Assembly: GCA_964572035.1 (NCBI GenBank)
Contig: CAZNDX010000002.1
Location: forward strand, 63,007-127,006
DNA from: an uncultured Methanosarcinales archaeon
Lineage (GTDB): Archaea; Nanobdellota; Nanobdellia; Woesearchaeales; ARS49
Reading direction: 5' to 3'
Length of the DNA stretch: 64,000 nt
Positions within the stretch are counted from its first letter, which is position 1; each line of letters starts with the position of its first letter. This document shows positions 9,807 to 19,161 of the stretch, piece after piece. Both the position numbers and the translations under genes were made by a program. Under the pieces are notes generated by a model. That model was not told where the DNA came from. It ran no database searches and worked only from the letters and a program-made list of their open reading frames with translations.

Positions 9807-10403
9807 ATGGTATACGATATAAGCAAGCACATATTCTGGCCACTCATCTCGCTATTTATCAAACGGCTGGACGGACTTGAAAACCTGCCAAAACCGCCGT
9901 TCATTATAGCATCGAACCATCAAAGCTACATAGACGGAATAATACTTTTGTTTCTTTGCGCGTATTACAAAAACGTCAAATTATACACCTTCGCGACAGA
10001 CGTTAAATTCACGGGACAAATCTGGAACGCGATATTTGAGCACTTCGGAGCCATAAGAATAGGAGGCTCAACAGCGAAAGGTCTTGAAAAATTAAGAAAA
10101 GGACAAGCGCTCGCAATATTCCCTGAAGGCGAACGAACATACACCGGCGAAATGAAAACTGTAACCCACTACGGACTTGGCGTTTTGGCATTAAACTCAA
10201 AAGCTCCAATAGTGCCGGTAGGAATTTGGACGTATGATTTTTGGAACAGATACAAAAAATTTTTGAACTTTAAAAAAACCATTCAACTTACAATTGGAAA
10301 ACCAATGCATTTCAAACTGGCAAAAACGCAGGCAAACTACAAAAAAGCCACACTCGCCGCGATGAAAGAGGTGAAACGCCTTGCGCGAATATCTCACACT
10401 TGA
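9807..10403 (+). CDS. 1-acyl-sn-glycerol-3-phosphate acyltransferase-like (PlsC/LPLAT family)
   Basis: HXXXXD motif (SNHQSYIDGI) and FPEGERT motif, both typical of lysophospholipid acyltransferases. Confidence 0.7.
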   Translation: MVYDISKHIFWPLISLFIKRLDGLENLPKPPFIIASNHQSYIDGIILLFLCAYYKNVKLYTFATDVKFTGQIWNAIFEHFGAIRIGGSTAKGLEKLRKGQALAIFPEGERTYTGEMKTVTHYGLGVLALNSKAPIVPVGIWTYDFWNRYKKFLNFKKTIQLTIGKPMHFKLAKTQANYKKATLAAMKEVKRLARISHT

Positions 10404-11832
10404 CCAGCTAAAACAATTTAGCTTTGAAAAAATAGAGCGGCTTCAAAACATAAGATTCAGCGCCACCTGCAAACATTTGCTTCCTTACACCCAGTTTTAC
10501 TCGGAACTATTCAAAAAATACGGAGCGGACCCTCATTCGATAACCAATGTTCAGGACTGGCACAAATTAGGTTTGCCATTGATAAAAAAATCGGCATACC
10601 TCAAAAATCCCCAAGCGTTCATTGTCAAACCGGAACAAAAAGGAATATTCAAACGCCATCTCAATTATCTTGAAGACGCGGGAGAAAACAGAGAAGCGGT
10701 AGAATTGTTCTTCTCAAAAAACAAAGAAAAACAAATCAAAAACTACTATATGCCCCAGTCATTAATATTCTCGGGCGGAACGGAATCAGGAAACCCCGCG
10801 CCAGTTTTGTTGACCAGAACACAAAACGAAACTTTGAATGAAATTTTGAAAATCGCTGGAGAGCTGTTAATAAAAAAATATTTGCCAAACGAACGATTAA
10901 TTGGAATGAACCTGTTCCCGTACGCCCCTCATTTAGGATGGCACGCAGTTCACAGGGCGCTTGACATAAACTGCGACACAAATTTGAATACTGCTGCTGG
11001 AGGAGCGGTGCCGACAGAACGACTGGTTAGCATAGCGATTCAGGCAAAACCAAACGTAATCTGCGGAATGAATGACTACTTGCGCAACAGATTCCTCCCA
11101 ATGATGATAGAACGCAAAGCCAAACTACCAGAACGAGTAATATTCGTTAACGGCGCGCAAAAAATGTTGCAGGCAGAAAGGGAAAGAATAGAGCAACTCG
11201 CCAAAAAATGCGGAGTTCGTGAAGCAATAGTCATAGATTTGTACGCAGCGTCAGAGTTAAAAGAAGCAATACTGCCAGAACTTTCACCTCGAAGCGGATT
11301 CTATCACTTGGCGCCACTCTCAACAATAATAAAAACAGTTCAAGTAAACTCAGCCGACAAAGATTTCGTGACGGAATGGGAGTTCAGCGACAACGGATAC
11401 GGAGCCACTTGGAACATAGACGGCGCTGGAACTCTTTTTGAGGGATACTTGCTTGGCGACGTTTATAAAAAAGTAGAAAATACACAATGTCCTCAAACAG
11501 GATTAAATGTCACGCGAATACACGAAGTAAACAGAATACGAGATGTGGAAGCAGCACTCAAAGTAACGGGAATAGTTGAGGAAAAAGTAAAAGGAACAAA
11601 AGTAAACCTAGTCGCCGTACGAGAAAGAGCTTTAGAAGTTTCAGAAGTTGATGAAGCTCAAGTCATACTTAGAAAAAACAAAATAGAACTTCGCTACACA
11701 TCAAAGTCGCCCGCCAAAGCAAAGCAGAAATTGGCCAAAGTATTCAAAGAAGCGGAAATAAAGCCGACTCTAAAATACGTCAAGGAATTCGGACAGGAAG
11801 GAGTAAAGTTCAACACGGTGAAAATAGAATGA
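10381..11832 (+). CDS. Adenylate-forming enzyme, phenylacetate-CoA ligase (PaaK)/coenzyme F390 synthetase-like
   Basis: 483 aa. P-loop-like SGGTESGNP (compare PaaK SSGTTGKP). Overall PaaK-like length and organisation. Overlaps the end of the upstream gene in another frame. Confidence 0.55.
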   Translation: MREYLTLDQLKQFSFEKIERLQNIRFSATCKHLLPYTQFYSELFKKYGADPHSITNVQDWHKLGLPLIKKSAYLKNPQAFIVKPEQKGIFKRHLNYLEDAGENREAVELFFSKNKEKQIKNYYMPQSLIFSGGTESGNPAPVLLTRTQNETLNEILKIAGELLIKKYLPNERLIGMNLFPYAPHLGWHAVHRALDINCDTNLNTAAGGAVPTERLVSIAIQAKPNVICGMNDYLRNRFLPMMIERKAKLPERVIFVNGAQKMLQAERERIEQLAKKCGVREAIVIDLYAASELKEAILPELSPRSGFYHLAPLSTIIKTVQVNSADKDFVTEWEFSDNGYGATWNIDGAGTLFEGYLLGDVYKKVENTQCPQTGLNVTRIHEVNRIRDVEAALKVTGIVEEKVKGTKVNLVAVRERALEVSEVDEAQVILRKNKIELRYTSKSPAKAKQKLAKVFKEAEIKPTLKYVKEFGQEGVKFNTVKIE

Positions 11833-13175
11833 ACCTAGATACGTTCTTTCACGCCAAAAAAATAGCGGTTATAGGCGCTTCACGCGAAGTAGGAAAAGTA
11901 GGATATACAATATTCCGCGGATTAATGGGCAAAAAATTCGAGCTATACCCAATAAATCCAAACGCCAAAGAAATACTAGGATACAAATGCTATCCAAGCG
12001 TGCTTGACGTTCCAAATGAAATAGAACTCGCGATAATAGCCACACCGGGACCAACAGTTCCCGCAATACTTGACGAGCTCGGAAAGAAAAAAATTTATCA
12101 CGCGATAATAATCTCAGCAGGATTCAAAGAAATAGGGAACGAGAAACTCGAAAAAGAACTGCAGGAAAAACTAAAATCAAACAAAATAACGTGCATAGGA
12201 CCAAACTGCCTAGGAATATTTGACGCCCACTCAGGAATGGACACATTATTTTTACCAAAAGAAAGACTAATGAGGCCCAACGCAGGAGGAATATCATTCA
12301 TATCCCAAAGTGGAGCGACAGGAAGCGCAATACTTGATTTAGCCGCGTTTGAACACTACGGATTCTCCAAATTTATCAGCTACGGAAACGCGGCAAACGT
12401 CGACGAAACAGATTTGCTGGAATATCTGTCAAAAGACCCACAAACAACAGTCATATGCATGTACGTCGAGGGAATAAAAGATGGACGAAGATTTCTTGAA
12501 GTTGCGAAATCCTGCAAAAAACCAATCATCGCAATAAAAGCGGGAGTAAGCAGCGAAGGAGGAAAGGCTGCTCTTTCTCATACAGGCAGTCTGGCGGGAA
12601 GCGCTGACGTCGCATTTGGCGCGTTCAGGCAAGCGAATGTGGTTATTGCCCACAAAATGGAAGAACTTTTTGAGTTTGCAAAAATGTTCGAGCAAGTTCA
12701 CACCCGCGCATCGGGAAAAAGAGTTCAAATAATAACAAACGGCGGAGGGTACGGAATTTTAACAACTGACGCAGTCGTGTATTATGGACTGACTTTGGCT
12801 CAGCCGGGAACCGCAATAAAGAAACTACGAAGCGTTTTCCCACCAACAGTAGTCGTTCATAATCCTATAGACGTTCTTGGTGACGCAACAGTAGAACGAT
12901 ACAAGCTGGCAATTGAAGCGGCAATATCCGATACAAACAACGACAGCATTGTTGTAACAATACTGACACAAGTGCCGCTCGTAACAACGGAAATAGTTGA
13001 CGTTGTGGCTAAACTCTACAAAAAATCACACAAGCCAATAGTAATAGTTACGACAGGAAGCAGTTATTCTCTAGAATTAAAAGAAAAATTTGAGCAAAAC
13101 GGACTTCCATGCTTCACTTTCCCGGAAAACGCAGTCCGAGCCCTCGCAGCATATACTCAATATTGTAGTTTTTGA
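11829..13175 (+). CDS. Acetyl-CoA synthetase (ADP-forming) alpha subunit (CoA-binding + CoA-ligase domains)
   Basis: N-terminal CoA-binding Rossmann motif (IAVIGASREVGKVGYTIF), a succinyl-CoA-synthetase-alpha-like core with the histidine-loop region (SHTGSLAG). 448 aa. Confidence 0.75.
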   Translation: MNLDTFFHAKKIAVIGASREVGKVGYTIFRGLMGKKFELYPINPNAKEILGYKCYPSVLDVPNEIELAIIATPGPTVPAILDELGKKKIYHAIIISAGFKEIGNEKLEKELQEKLKSNKITCIGPNCLGIFDAHSGMDTLFLPKERLMRPNAGGISFISQSGATGSAILDLAAFEHYGFSKFISYGNAANVDETDLLEYLSKDPQTTVICMYVEGIKDGRRFLEVAKSCKKPIIAIKAGVSSEGGKAALSHTGSLAGSADVAFGAFRQANVVIAHKMEELFEFAKMFEQVHTRASGKRVQIITNGGGYGILTTDAVVYYGLTLAQPGTAIKKLRSVFPPTVVVHNPIDVLGDATVERYKLAIEAAISDTNNDSIVVTILTQVPLVTTEIVDVVAKLYKKSHKPIVIVTTGSSYSLELKEKFEQNGLPCFTFPENAVRALAAYTQYCSF

Positions 13176-13214
13176 GAGAATAAATCTTTAAATACTTATT
13201 TTGCCAGAAATTTT

Positions 13215-13901
13215 TTGATGGACCACTCATATTTAGCGTACGAAGTAATACAAGAATTCTCAAGATTAAATTTCACAAAACCAAAGGAAGCTTTGCGAAT
13301 AATTCACGACTCAAGAAACATAACTGGCCAAGACAGAGAGCAAATATTAAAAGACCCGAAACCATTCAAGGTAGTCGACAACTGGCTAGCAATAAAATTC
13401 GCGAAAGCGGGAAGACTTCAAACATACTGGGAAGATGGCTGGAAAGTTCTCGCGCTTTATGATACAAAACCAATAACACTCGCCAAAGTAAAACAAAAAG
13501 AAGGAGTCCTCGAATTTTTGTTAAAACAACGCACAACCTGGTTAGAAGACAGCTCACCAGAAATACCACAACCAGAAACATACCAAGAATTCACTCAATT
13601 TATTCAATCAGCGGAGAAATACGGATATAGCTACAAAAGCATGGCGGAATTCGCCAACAAAAATCATTCAGCACGAATTCCGCTTTACTATTATCCGGCT
13701 GAATGCCTAATGTTTGGACTTACATTGCCGGTAAATGAGCACTCTGACAGAAAAGTAAAAACTGAGGCAGAAATATACCACGGAACCCCTGTTGAAGAAA
13801 GAAAGAAAACAATCGGGCCATTTGACAGAGTGACGCTAATAACAACAATAACTGCAAAAAAATCAAAACAAGAACTAACGCTTCCTGACAAACTCTTCTA
13901 A
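13215..13901 (+). CDS. Hypothetical protein
   Basis: 228-aa ORF with no recognisable motif. Confidence 0.4.
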   Translation: MMDHSYLAYEVIQEFSRLNFTKPKEALRIIHDSRNITGQDREQILKDPKPFKVVDNWLAIKFAKAGRLQTYWEDGWKVLALYDTKPITLAKVKQKEGVLEFLLKQRTTWLEDSSPEIPQPETYQEFTQFIQSAEKYGYSYKSMAEFANKNHSARIPLYYYPAECLMFGLTLPVNEHSDRKVKTEAEIYHGTPVEERKKTIGPFDRVTLITTITAKKSKQELTLPDKLF

Positions 13902-15029
13902 ACGGTCAAGCGCTTTCTCAATAACTTTCATATCAGACGCGAAACTCAGTCTAATATGCGCCTCTCCATTCTGGCCAAAATCAACACCCGGAACAACAGC
14001 AACTTTCTTTTTGTTCAACAAGTCAAGCGCGAACTTCTTGCTATTCCTGCTGAACGGAGAAATATTGCCAAAAGCGTAAAACGCGCCCTTAGGCATAGGA
14101 GTTGAGATTCCCATATCGTTCAATCTTGGAATCATAACTTTCCTTCGCCTGTCGTATTCCCTTACCATTTTGTCCGTATACTTTGACGGAAGCCTTAACG
14201 CAGCAATACCTAACTTTTGCGAAATAGTCGGAGCGCTAATAGTGGAAGTAATGTGGGTTTTTTTGATTGCCTTCGCGATATTCTCAGGCGCTATTACGTA
14301 ACCTAACCTAAAACCGCACATCGCGTAAGTCTTAGAAAAAGTCTGGAAAGTCAAAACACGGTCGCTCATTCCATTAAGACTGCCAACGCTGACGTGCTTC
14401 GCGCCGTCAAACAAAATCTTCTCATACGCCTCGTCCGAAAAAATAGCGAGATCAAACTCAACAGCGATGTCGGCGATTTCCTCCAAAATCTTCTTTCTAA
14501 TAACATTTCCAGTTGGATTAGCGGGCGAATTAATGAGGATTGCCTTAGTTTTTCTAGGATTAATATTCTGGCGAATCTCATCAGGATCGGGCTCGTAGTT
14601 TAATTCTTCAAACAACTTGTAAGACTTCACGCTCGCGTTAAACATCTCAAAACTCGGCAAAAAACCCATAAAACCAGGATCAGGAATCAAAATCTCCTCG
14701 CCAACATCAAGCAAAGAAGCGGCAGACAACAAAAGAGCCTCCTGAGAACCGCAAGTTACGACAACGTTATCAGGAGAACAATTGATTTGATTATCTTTTT
14801 TGACTTTTTTGCAAATCGCGTTTCTTAATTCTTTAAGACCGCCCGCAGGACTGTAATGGTTTGAAACATTAGCAAGACGTTTGACTTCAGAAACTAAAGG
14901 AGGGGGAAGAGGGAAATTCGGCTCTCCAGGACCCAGAGACAGGATGTTTGGAAACTCGGCGGACATCTCAATAAGTTTCTCAATTACATGAGTAGGCAAC
15001 TGCTGTTCGCGCTCAGAGAGATTCACCAT
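13875..15029 (-). CDS. Class I/II PLP-dependent aminotransferase (aspartate aminotransferase-like)
   Basis: 384 aa with a PLP-lysine region SFSKTYAMCGFRLGY and an aminotransferase class I fold pattern. Confidence 0.8.
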   Translation of the reverse strand: MVNLSEREQQLPTHVIEKLIEMSAEFPNILSLGPGEPNFPLPPPLVSEVKRLANVSNHYSPAGGLKELRNAICKKVKKDNQINCSPDNVVVTCGSQEALLLSAASLLDVGEEILIPDPGFMGFLPSFEMFNASVKSYKLFEELNYEPDPDEIRQNINPRKTKAILINSPANPTGNVIRKKILEEIADIAVEFDLAIFSDEAYEKILFDGAKHVSVGSLNGMSDRVLTFQTFSKTYAMCGFRLGYVIAPENIAKAIKKTHITSTISAPTISQKLGIAALRLPSKYTDKMVREYDRRRKVMIPRLNDMGISTPMPKGAFYAFGNISPFSRNSKKFALDLLNKKKVAVVPGVDFGQNGEAHIRLSFASDMKVIEKALDRLEEFVRKR

Positions 15030-15114
15030 CTTTTTTTATTTAAAAACCTCTTATGATTAATAAACGTTATGCACGTTCGCAAACATTAAAAACAAAGAGC
15101 GGATTTGGGTAACT

Positions 15115-15873
15115 ATGCACTCATTAAAGAAGGCGTGGCATAAAATCAAAGAAAGACCATCACTGGCCGTGTTTGGCGCCGTGACGGACGCCCTGTTTTT
15201 TGTCGCGCTGGGGTTATTCACCTCGCCAGTCAGCGTAATAATGGTGGAACAATTCAGCAAAATAGCCCAAGAATTCTCAAGAGGCATTGCCCAAGAACAG
15301 CCGGAACTGTTCAGCGTTCTCGCCAACAGCAACGTCACAACAGCGCTGTTCGTGAACATAGCGATATATTTCGCAATAATTTTCGCAACATACGTCCTGA
15401 TACAGGGAACAAGCTGGTTCATCGCCAAAAAATATTTTTATTCAGCAGGATATGTTAAATCAATAATAACTTTCGCGAAAATAAACTTGTTTTGGTTCGC
15501 TCTGTTTATTGTCTATAAATTAACGGATTTTATGTTGAATTTAAGATATCGACTGCTTGAAAGCCTGCAACCTGGAACAATAGACGTGGCGGGAAACATA
15601 ATGATGATACTGTTTTTCGCCGGACTTGGAATGGCGAACTTCGCATACGCGCGCGAAAAAACATTCGCTTACTTCAAAACACCTTTCAAGAAAAGCTCAA
15701 TTATCTTGGCCACTGGCGCGCTATTGTTTTTCATACCATACGCAATATTTTACGCGATAGGAACAATAAACGTAACAGCATCAGTATGGGCGTCAGCAAT
15801 AATTTTGCTTCCGCTAATGACTTACCTGCGAGTCTACTTAATGGAGGAACTAAATGTTCACTCACGCGCTTAA
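15115..15873 (+). CDS. Polytopic membrane protein, function unknown
   Basis: 252 aa with 6+ hydrophobic helices. Confidence 0.5.
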   Translation: MHSLKKAWHKIKERPSLAVFGAVTDALFFVALGLFTSPVSVIMVEQFSKIAQEFSRGIAQEQPELFSVLANSNVTTALFVNIAIYFAIIFATYVLIQGTSWFIAKKYFYSAGYVKSIITFAKINLFWFALFIVYKLTDFMLNLRYRLLESLQPGTIDVAGNIMMILFFAGLGMANFAYAREKTFAYFKTPFKKSSIILATGALLFFIPYAIFYAIGTINVTASVWASAIILLPLMTYLRVYLMEELNVHSRA

Positions 15874-16597
15874 TCCTGTTTTATTACATCTTGGCCCGCT
15901 TCAGATAAGATGGTACGGACTGATGTACGTAATCGCTTTCATTATCACTTTCTATTACGTTCGAGCGGCGATAAGAAAAGGAAAACTCGCGATGAGCGAA
16001 AAACAACTCGACACATTCATGGGAATACTTGTTATCGCCATGATAATTGGCGCGAGAATATTTGAAATAATATTCTACGAACCCGCATATTATCTCGCGA
16101 ACCCAATAAAAATGTTGTACATCTGGGAAGGAGGGCTCTCATTCCACGGCGGACTAATAGCCATATTCCTCGCGGCATACTGGTACACAAAAAAACACAA
16201 AATAAACCTCTGGAAAACAACAGACATATTCATAGTTCCATTAGTTTTGGGCAACGCGCTAGGAAGAATAGGCAACTTCATCAACGGAGAACTATACGGC
16301 AAAATAACCGAACTGCCATGGGGCGTAGTGTTTCAAGGAGTCACAGGCGCCAGACATCCAACACAACTTTACGAAGCGGCATACAATGTTGTGATATTTT
16401 GCATACTATTTTCTTGCAGAAACAAAAATTGGAAAGAAGGAACAATATTTGGACTATTTTTGGTTCTTTACTCAATCGCCCGTTTCGGAGTTGAGTTTTT
16501 GAAAGACATGCCAGTACATTTTGGGCTGTCAATGGGACAATGGCTGTGCATTCCAATGTTCTTTGCCGGCGTATATATTATACGACGCAACTTTTAA
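15854..16597 (+). CDS. lgt: Prolipoprotein diacylglyceryl transferase (bacterial-type Lgt)
   Basis: Matches the E. coli Lgt signature regions throughout: IRWYGLMY (compare HWYGLMY), GGLSFHGG (compare GGMSFHGG), GRIGNFINGELYG (compare GRLGNFINGELWG), RHPTQLYE (compare RHPSQLYE). Confidence 0.85.
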   Translation: MFTHALNPVLLHLGPLQIRWYGLMYVIAFIITFYYVRAAIRKGKLAMSEKQLDTFMGILVIAMIIGARIFEIIFYEPAYYLANPIKMLYIWEGGLSFHGGLIAIFLAAYWYTKKHKINLWKTTDIFIVPLVLGNALGRIGNFINGELYGKITELPWGVVFQGVTGARHPTQLYEAAYNVVIFCILFSCRNKNWKEGTIFGLFLVLYSIARFGVEFLKDMPVHFGLSMGQWLCIPMFFAGVYIIRRNF

Positions 16598-16622
16598 ATA
16601 ACCACAGAACAGGAAGACACAT

Positions 16623-16811
16623 ATGAAAAGAGGAATAATAGCAATCGTTCTAGCGCTTCTATTGTTAGTTGCGTGCTCACCTGCGGAACAAAAAATGGAA
16701 ACGCAAACTCCAACCGCGCAGGAAACACTGCCACCAACACCGCAATACGAACCGCCACCAACCGCGCCAGACGCAGTTGAATCCGAAACGACGGAACCAG
16801 CAGCCCAATGA
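16623..16811 (+). CDS. Small Pro/Thr-rich lipoprotein
   Basis: Signal peptide with lipobox LLLLVAC. The mature part is Pro/Thr/Glu-rich (62 aa). Confidence 0.4.
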   Translation: MKRGIIAIVLALLLLVACSPAEQKMETQTPTAQETLPPTPQYEPPPTAPDAVESETTEPAAQ

Positions 16812-17536
16812 AATACCTCTGCTTCGCGTCAATACTCTTCTTAATACTGGTTGCCTGCGCACAACAAGCTGAACAAAGAACAGTGCCGGATTTGCCAGTT
16901 CTAACAGGAAAAATGCCATCAGGCACAGTAGCGACACGCGACGGCGAAACAATCGCGTACCAGCTTTATCCAAACCAAGGAAGACCAGGAATCATATTAT
17001 TGCACATGTATCAAAGAAGCCGAGAAGACCTTGATGGCGTAGGAAAATGGCTTCAACAAAACGGATACGCGGTTATAATTCCTGATTTAAGAGGACACGG
17101 ACTATCAACAGGAACACTAACCAAATTTACAACGGATGATTATAACAAAATGGTTTACGATGTTGAAGCGGCGAAATCAGCGCTGGAAAACAGCGGAGCA
17201 AACACCAAAAAACTAAGCATACTCGGAGCAAGCATAGGTGCAAACGTAGCTCTAAACTACGCTCAAAATGATCCAGACGTGAAAACACTCGTTCTATTAA
17301 GCCCAGGAGTGGACTATCACGGCATCGTAACTCAATACTCACGATTCAACAAACCATTCCTGATAGTGGCGAGCAAGGATGACGATTACGCATACCAGAG
17401 CGCACTATATTTGAAACAAACAAACCCAACAGCGGAATTGTTAGTTTATGAAAACGCAGGACACGGAACAAACATGTTCCAACAAAAAGATTTAGCGCCA
17501 AGCATATTGTCCGCATTCGGAGATTACGGTTCATAA
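16808..17536 (+). CDS. Alpha/beta-hydrolase fold lipoprotein (dienelactone hydrolase/S9-like)
   Basis: Lipobox LILVAC, then an alpha/beta hydrolase layout with a nucleophile-elbow-like GASIGAN and downstream Asp/His (ASKDDDY, NAGHG). Confidence 0.6.
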   Translation: MKYLCFASILFLILVACAQQAEQRTVPDLPVLTGKMPSGTVATRDGETIAYQLYPNQGRPGIILLHMYQRSREDLDGVGKWLQQNGYAVIIPDLRGHGLSTGTLTKFTTDDYNKMVYDVEAAKSALENSGANTKKLSILGASIGANVALNYAQNDPDVKTLVLLSPGVDYHGIVTQYSRFNKPFLIVASKDDDYAYQSALYLKQTNPTAELLVYENAGHGTNMFQQKDLAPSILSAFGDYGS

Positions 17537-17560
17537 AGTTTAAGAATTAAAGAAACAAAG

Positions 17561-17806
17561 GTGAGAATAATGGCAAAAGTCAAAGTTTACAGCACACCAA
17601 CATGCCCATACTGCAAAGCGGCAAAAGAATTTCTGACTGAAAACAAGATAAAATATGAAGATATCGATGTTTCAAAAGACCACAACGCCGCGCAAGAAAT
17701 GATAGAAAAATCAGGACAAATGGGCGTGCCAGTAATAGACATAGACGGAACCATAATTGTCGGGTTTGACAAAGCCGCGATGAAAAAAGCGCTGAAGTTG
17801 AAGTAA
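17561..17806 (+). CDS. Glutaredoxin
   Basis: 81 aa. Active site CPYC (YSTPTCPYCKAAKEFL) and a C-terminal GVPVIDIDG motif. Confidence 0.85.
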   Translation: MRIMAKVKVYSTPTCPYCKAAKEFLTENKIKYEDIDVSKDHNAAQEMIEKSGQMGVPVIDIDGTIIVGFDKAAMKKALKLK

Positions 17807-17807
17807 G

Positions 17808-17881
17808 TGGACGCTGCGGGATTTGAACCCGCGGCCCCTTCGTTGCGAACGAAGTGCTCTACCGGGCTGAGCTAAGCGCCC
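17808..17881 (-). tRNA. tRNA-Ala (anticodon CGC)
   Basis: 74-nt cloverleaf on the minus strand. Acceptor stem GGGCGCU/AGCGUCC has a G3:U70 pair. Anticodon loop UUCGCAA. T-arm GCGGGUUCAAAUCCCGC. Discriminator A. Confidence 0.9.
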
Positions 17882-17916
17882 TTAAAGACTCTCTCTAAGA
17901 AGGTGGTTTAAAAAGC

Positions 17917-18567
17917 TTATGTGTGCTTCTTAACACCTGCTTTCGGGCACAACTTGTTCACAGGACACTCGCTGCATTTTGGAACAGGCGCGGTGCAAAC
18001 AGCTCTGCCGTGCGCCTTCAAAACATGAGGAATCTTGTCCCATTCTGATTTTGGAAACAATTTCATCAAATCAGTTTCAACCTTCTCAGGATTGGTGTTC
18101 TTGGTCCAGCCTAAACGAAAGGCGACGCGAAGGACGTGAGTATCGCACGGCACGCCAACCACAACACCATAAGCGTTTTGCAAAATCGCGTTAGCAGTTT
18201 TCCTGCCAATGCCGGGTAGTTCGGTCAGTTCCTCAATAGTTCTTGGAACTTTGCCTCCATACTTTTCATCAATAATCTTCATCGCGTTAACGATATTTTT
18301 CGCTTTAGTATTCGCGAAGGAAATGCTTTTGATGTAAGAAGCAAGATGAGCAGGAGTTGTTTTTGCGTAATCTTTTGCAGTTTTGAAATCAGCGAAAAGC
18401 GAGGGAGTCGCCGCGTTTACGTTTTCATCACGAGTTTGCGCGGAAAGAATAGTTGCCGCTACAAGGTCAACAGGAGTTTTGAAATTAAGATAATACTTGG
18501 CGTTGGCGTATTCTTTTTTGAGGATCTTCCATTCATCACCAATTTGTGCCATATCGCCATCCAACAC
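17917..18567 (-). CDS. nth: Endonuclease III (Nth), HhH-GPD DNA glycosylase with 4Fe-4S cluster
   Basis: HhH-GPD region (LTELPGIGRKTANAI) and a C-terminal Cys cluster CTAPVPKCSECPVNKLC. Confidence 0.85.
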   Translation of the reverse strand: MLDGDMAQIGDEWKILKKEYANAKYYLNFKTPVDLVAATILSAQTRDENVNAATPSLFADFKTAKDYAKTTPAHLASYIKSISFANTKAKNIVNAMKIIDEKYGGKVPRTIEELTELPGIGRKTANAILQNAYGVVVGVPCDTHVLRVAFRLGWTKNTNPEKVETDLMKLFPKSEWDKIPHVLKAHGRAVCTAPVPKCSECPVNKLCPKAGVKKHT

Positions 18568-18617
18568 AGCATTCCATAAAAACCTTTTTATACCGACTCG
18601 AGGGACGAAGGTATCAA

Positions 18618-18691
18618 GGGCAAGTAGTTCAGCTCGGTAGAACGCTCCGCTGGCAGCGGAGAGGCCGTGGGTTCAAATCCCGCCTTGTCCA
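18618..18691 (+). tRNA. tRNA-Ala (anticodon GGC)
   Basis: GGGCAAG...CUUGUCC acceptor stem with G3:U70. Anticodon stem-loop CUCCG-CUGGCAG-CGGAG. T-arm GUGGGUUCAAAUCCCGC. Discriminator A. Confidence 0.9.
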
Positions 18692-19153
18692 TTATTCAAA
18701 AAACTGAGGCTGTTCAGACTTCAAACGCCTTATTTCCGCGTCAACCAAACTTCTGGCTTCAGACTCGAGAAGCTGTAAATCATCCAAAGCGTCAACATTC
18801 AACTGCAACGCCTCAAGAACATCAAAATACTCGTGAGCCAACTCCTGCTTGTTCTTACAGTTAGTGCAGAACAATCTTGAAACAATACTCAAAGAAGAAT
18901 CTTCAAGAAGCTTAACACGCTCAACATAATATTTCTTCCATTGAGACTGGTCGTTTTTATCCTTTGGAACAAACTTCTCCAAACGAGAAACAACCTCTTC
19001 GCAGTCGTCCTCCGCCTCGCGACGCTTAGCTCTCCACTTCTGCCTTTCAACCTCATTTATCTGGCGAACATCCATAATACTGGAAAGGATGGTTTGTTTA
19101 TATAGTTTCACACAGAAACATAGCGAAACGTTTTTAAATACCTGCTTGAACAA
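18692..19153 (-). CDS. Hypothetical coiled-coil protein
   Basis: 153-aa ORF, charged and helical in character. Confidence 0.4.
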   Translation of the reverse strand: MFKQVFKNVSLCFCVKLYKQTILSSIMDVRQINEVERQKWRAKRREAEDDCEEVVSRLEKFVPKDKNDQSQWKKYYVERVKLLEDSSLSIVSRLFCTNCKNKQELAHEYFDVLEALQLNVDALDDLQLLESEARSLVDAEIRRLKSEQPQFFE

Positions 19154-19161
19154 GTAAATCT

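Noticed and set aside
18667-18864. 65-aa plus-strand ORF overlapping tRNA-Ala(GGC)
   Set aside because: It starts inside the tRNA gene and lies antisense to the 18692-19153 gene. It is a spurious frame.
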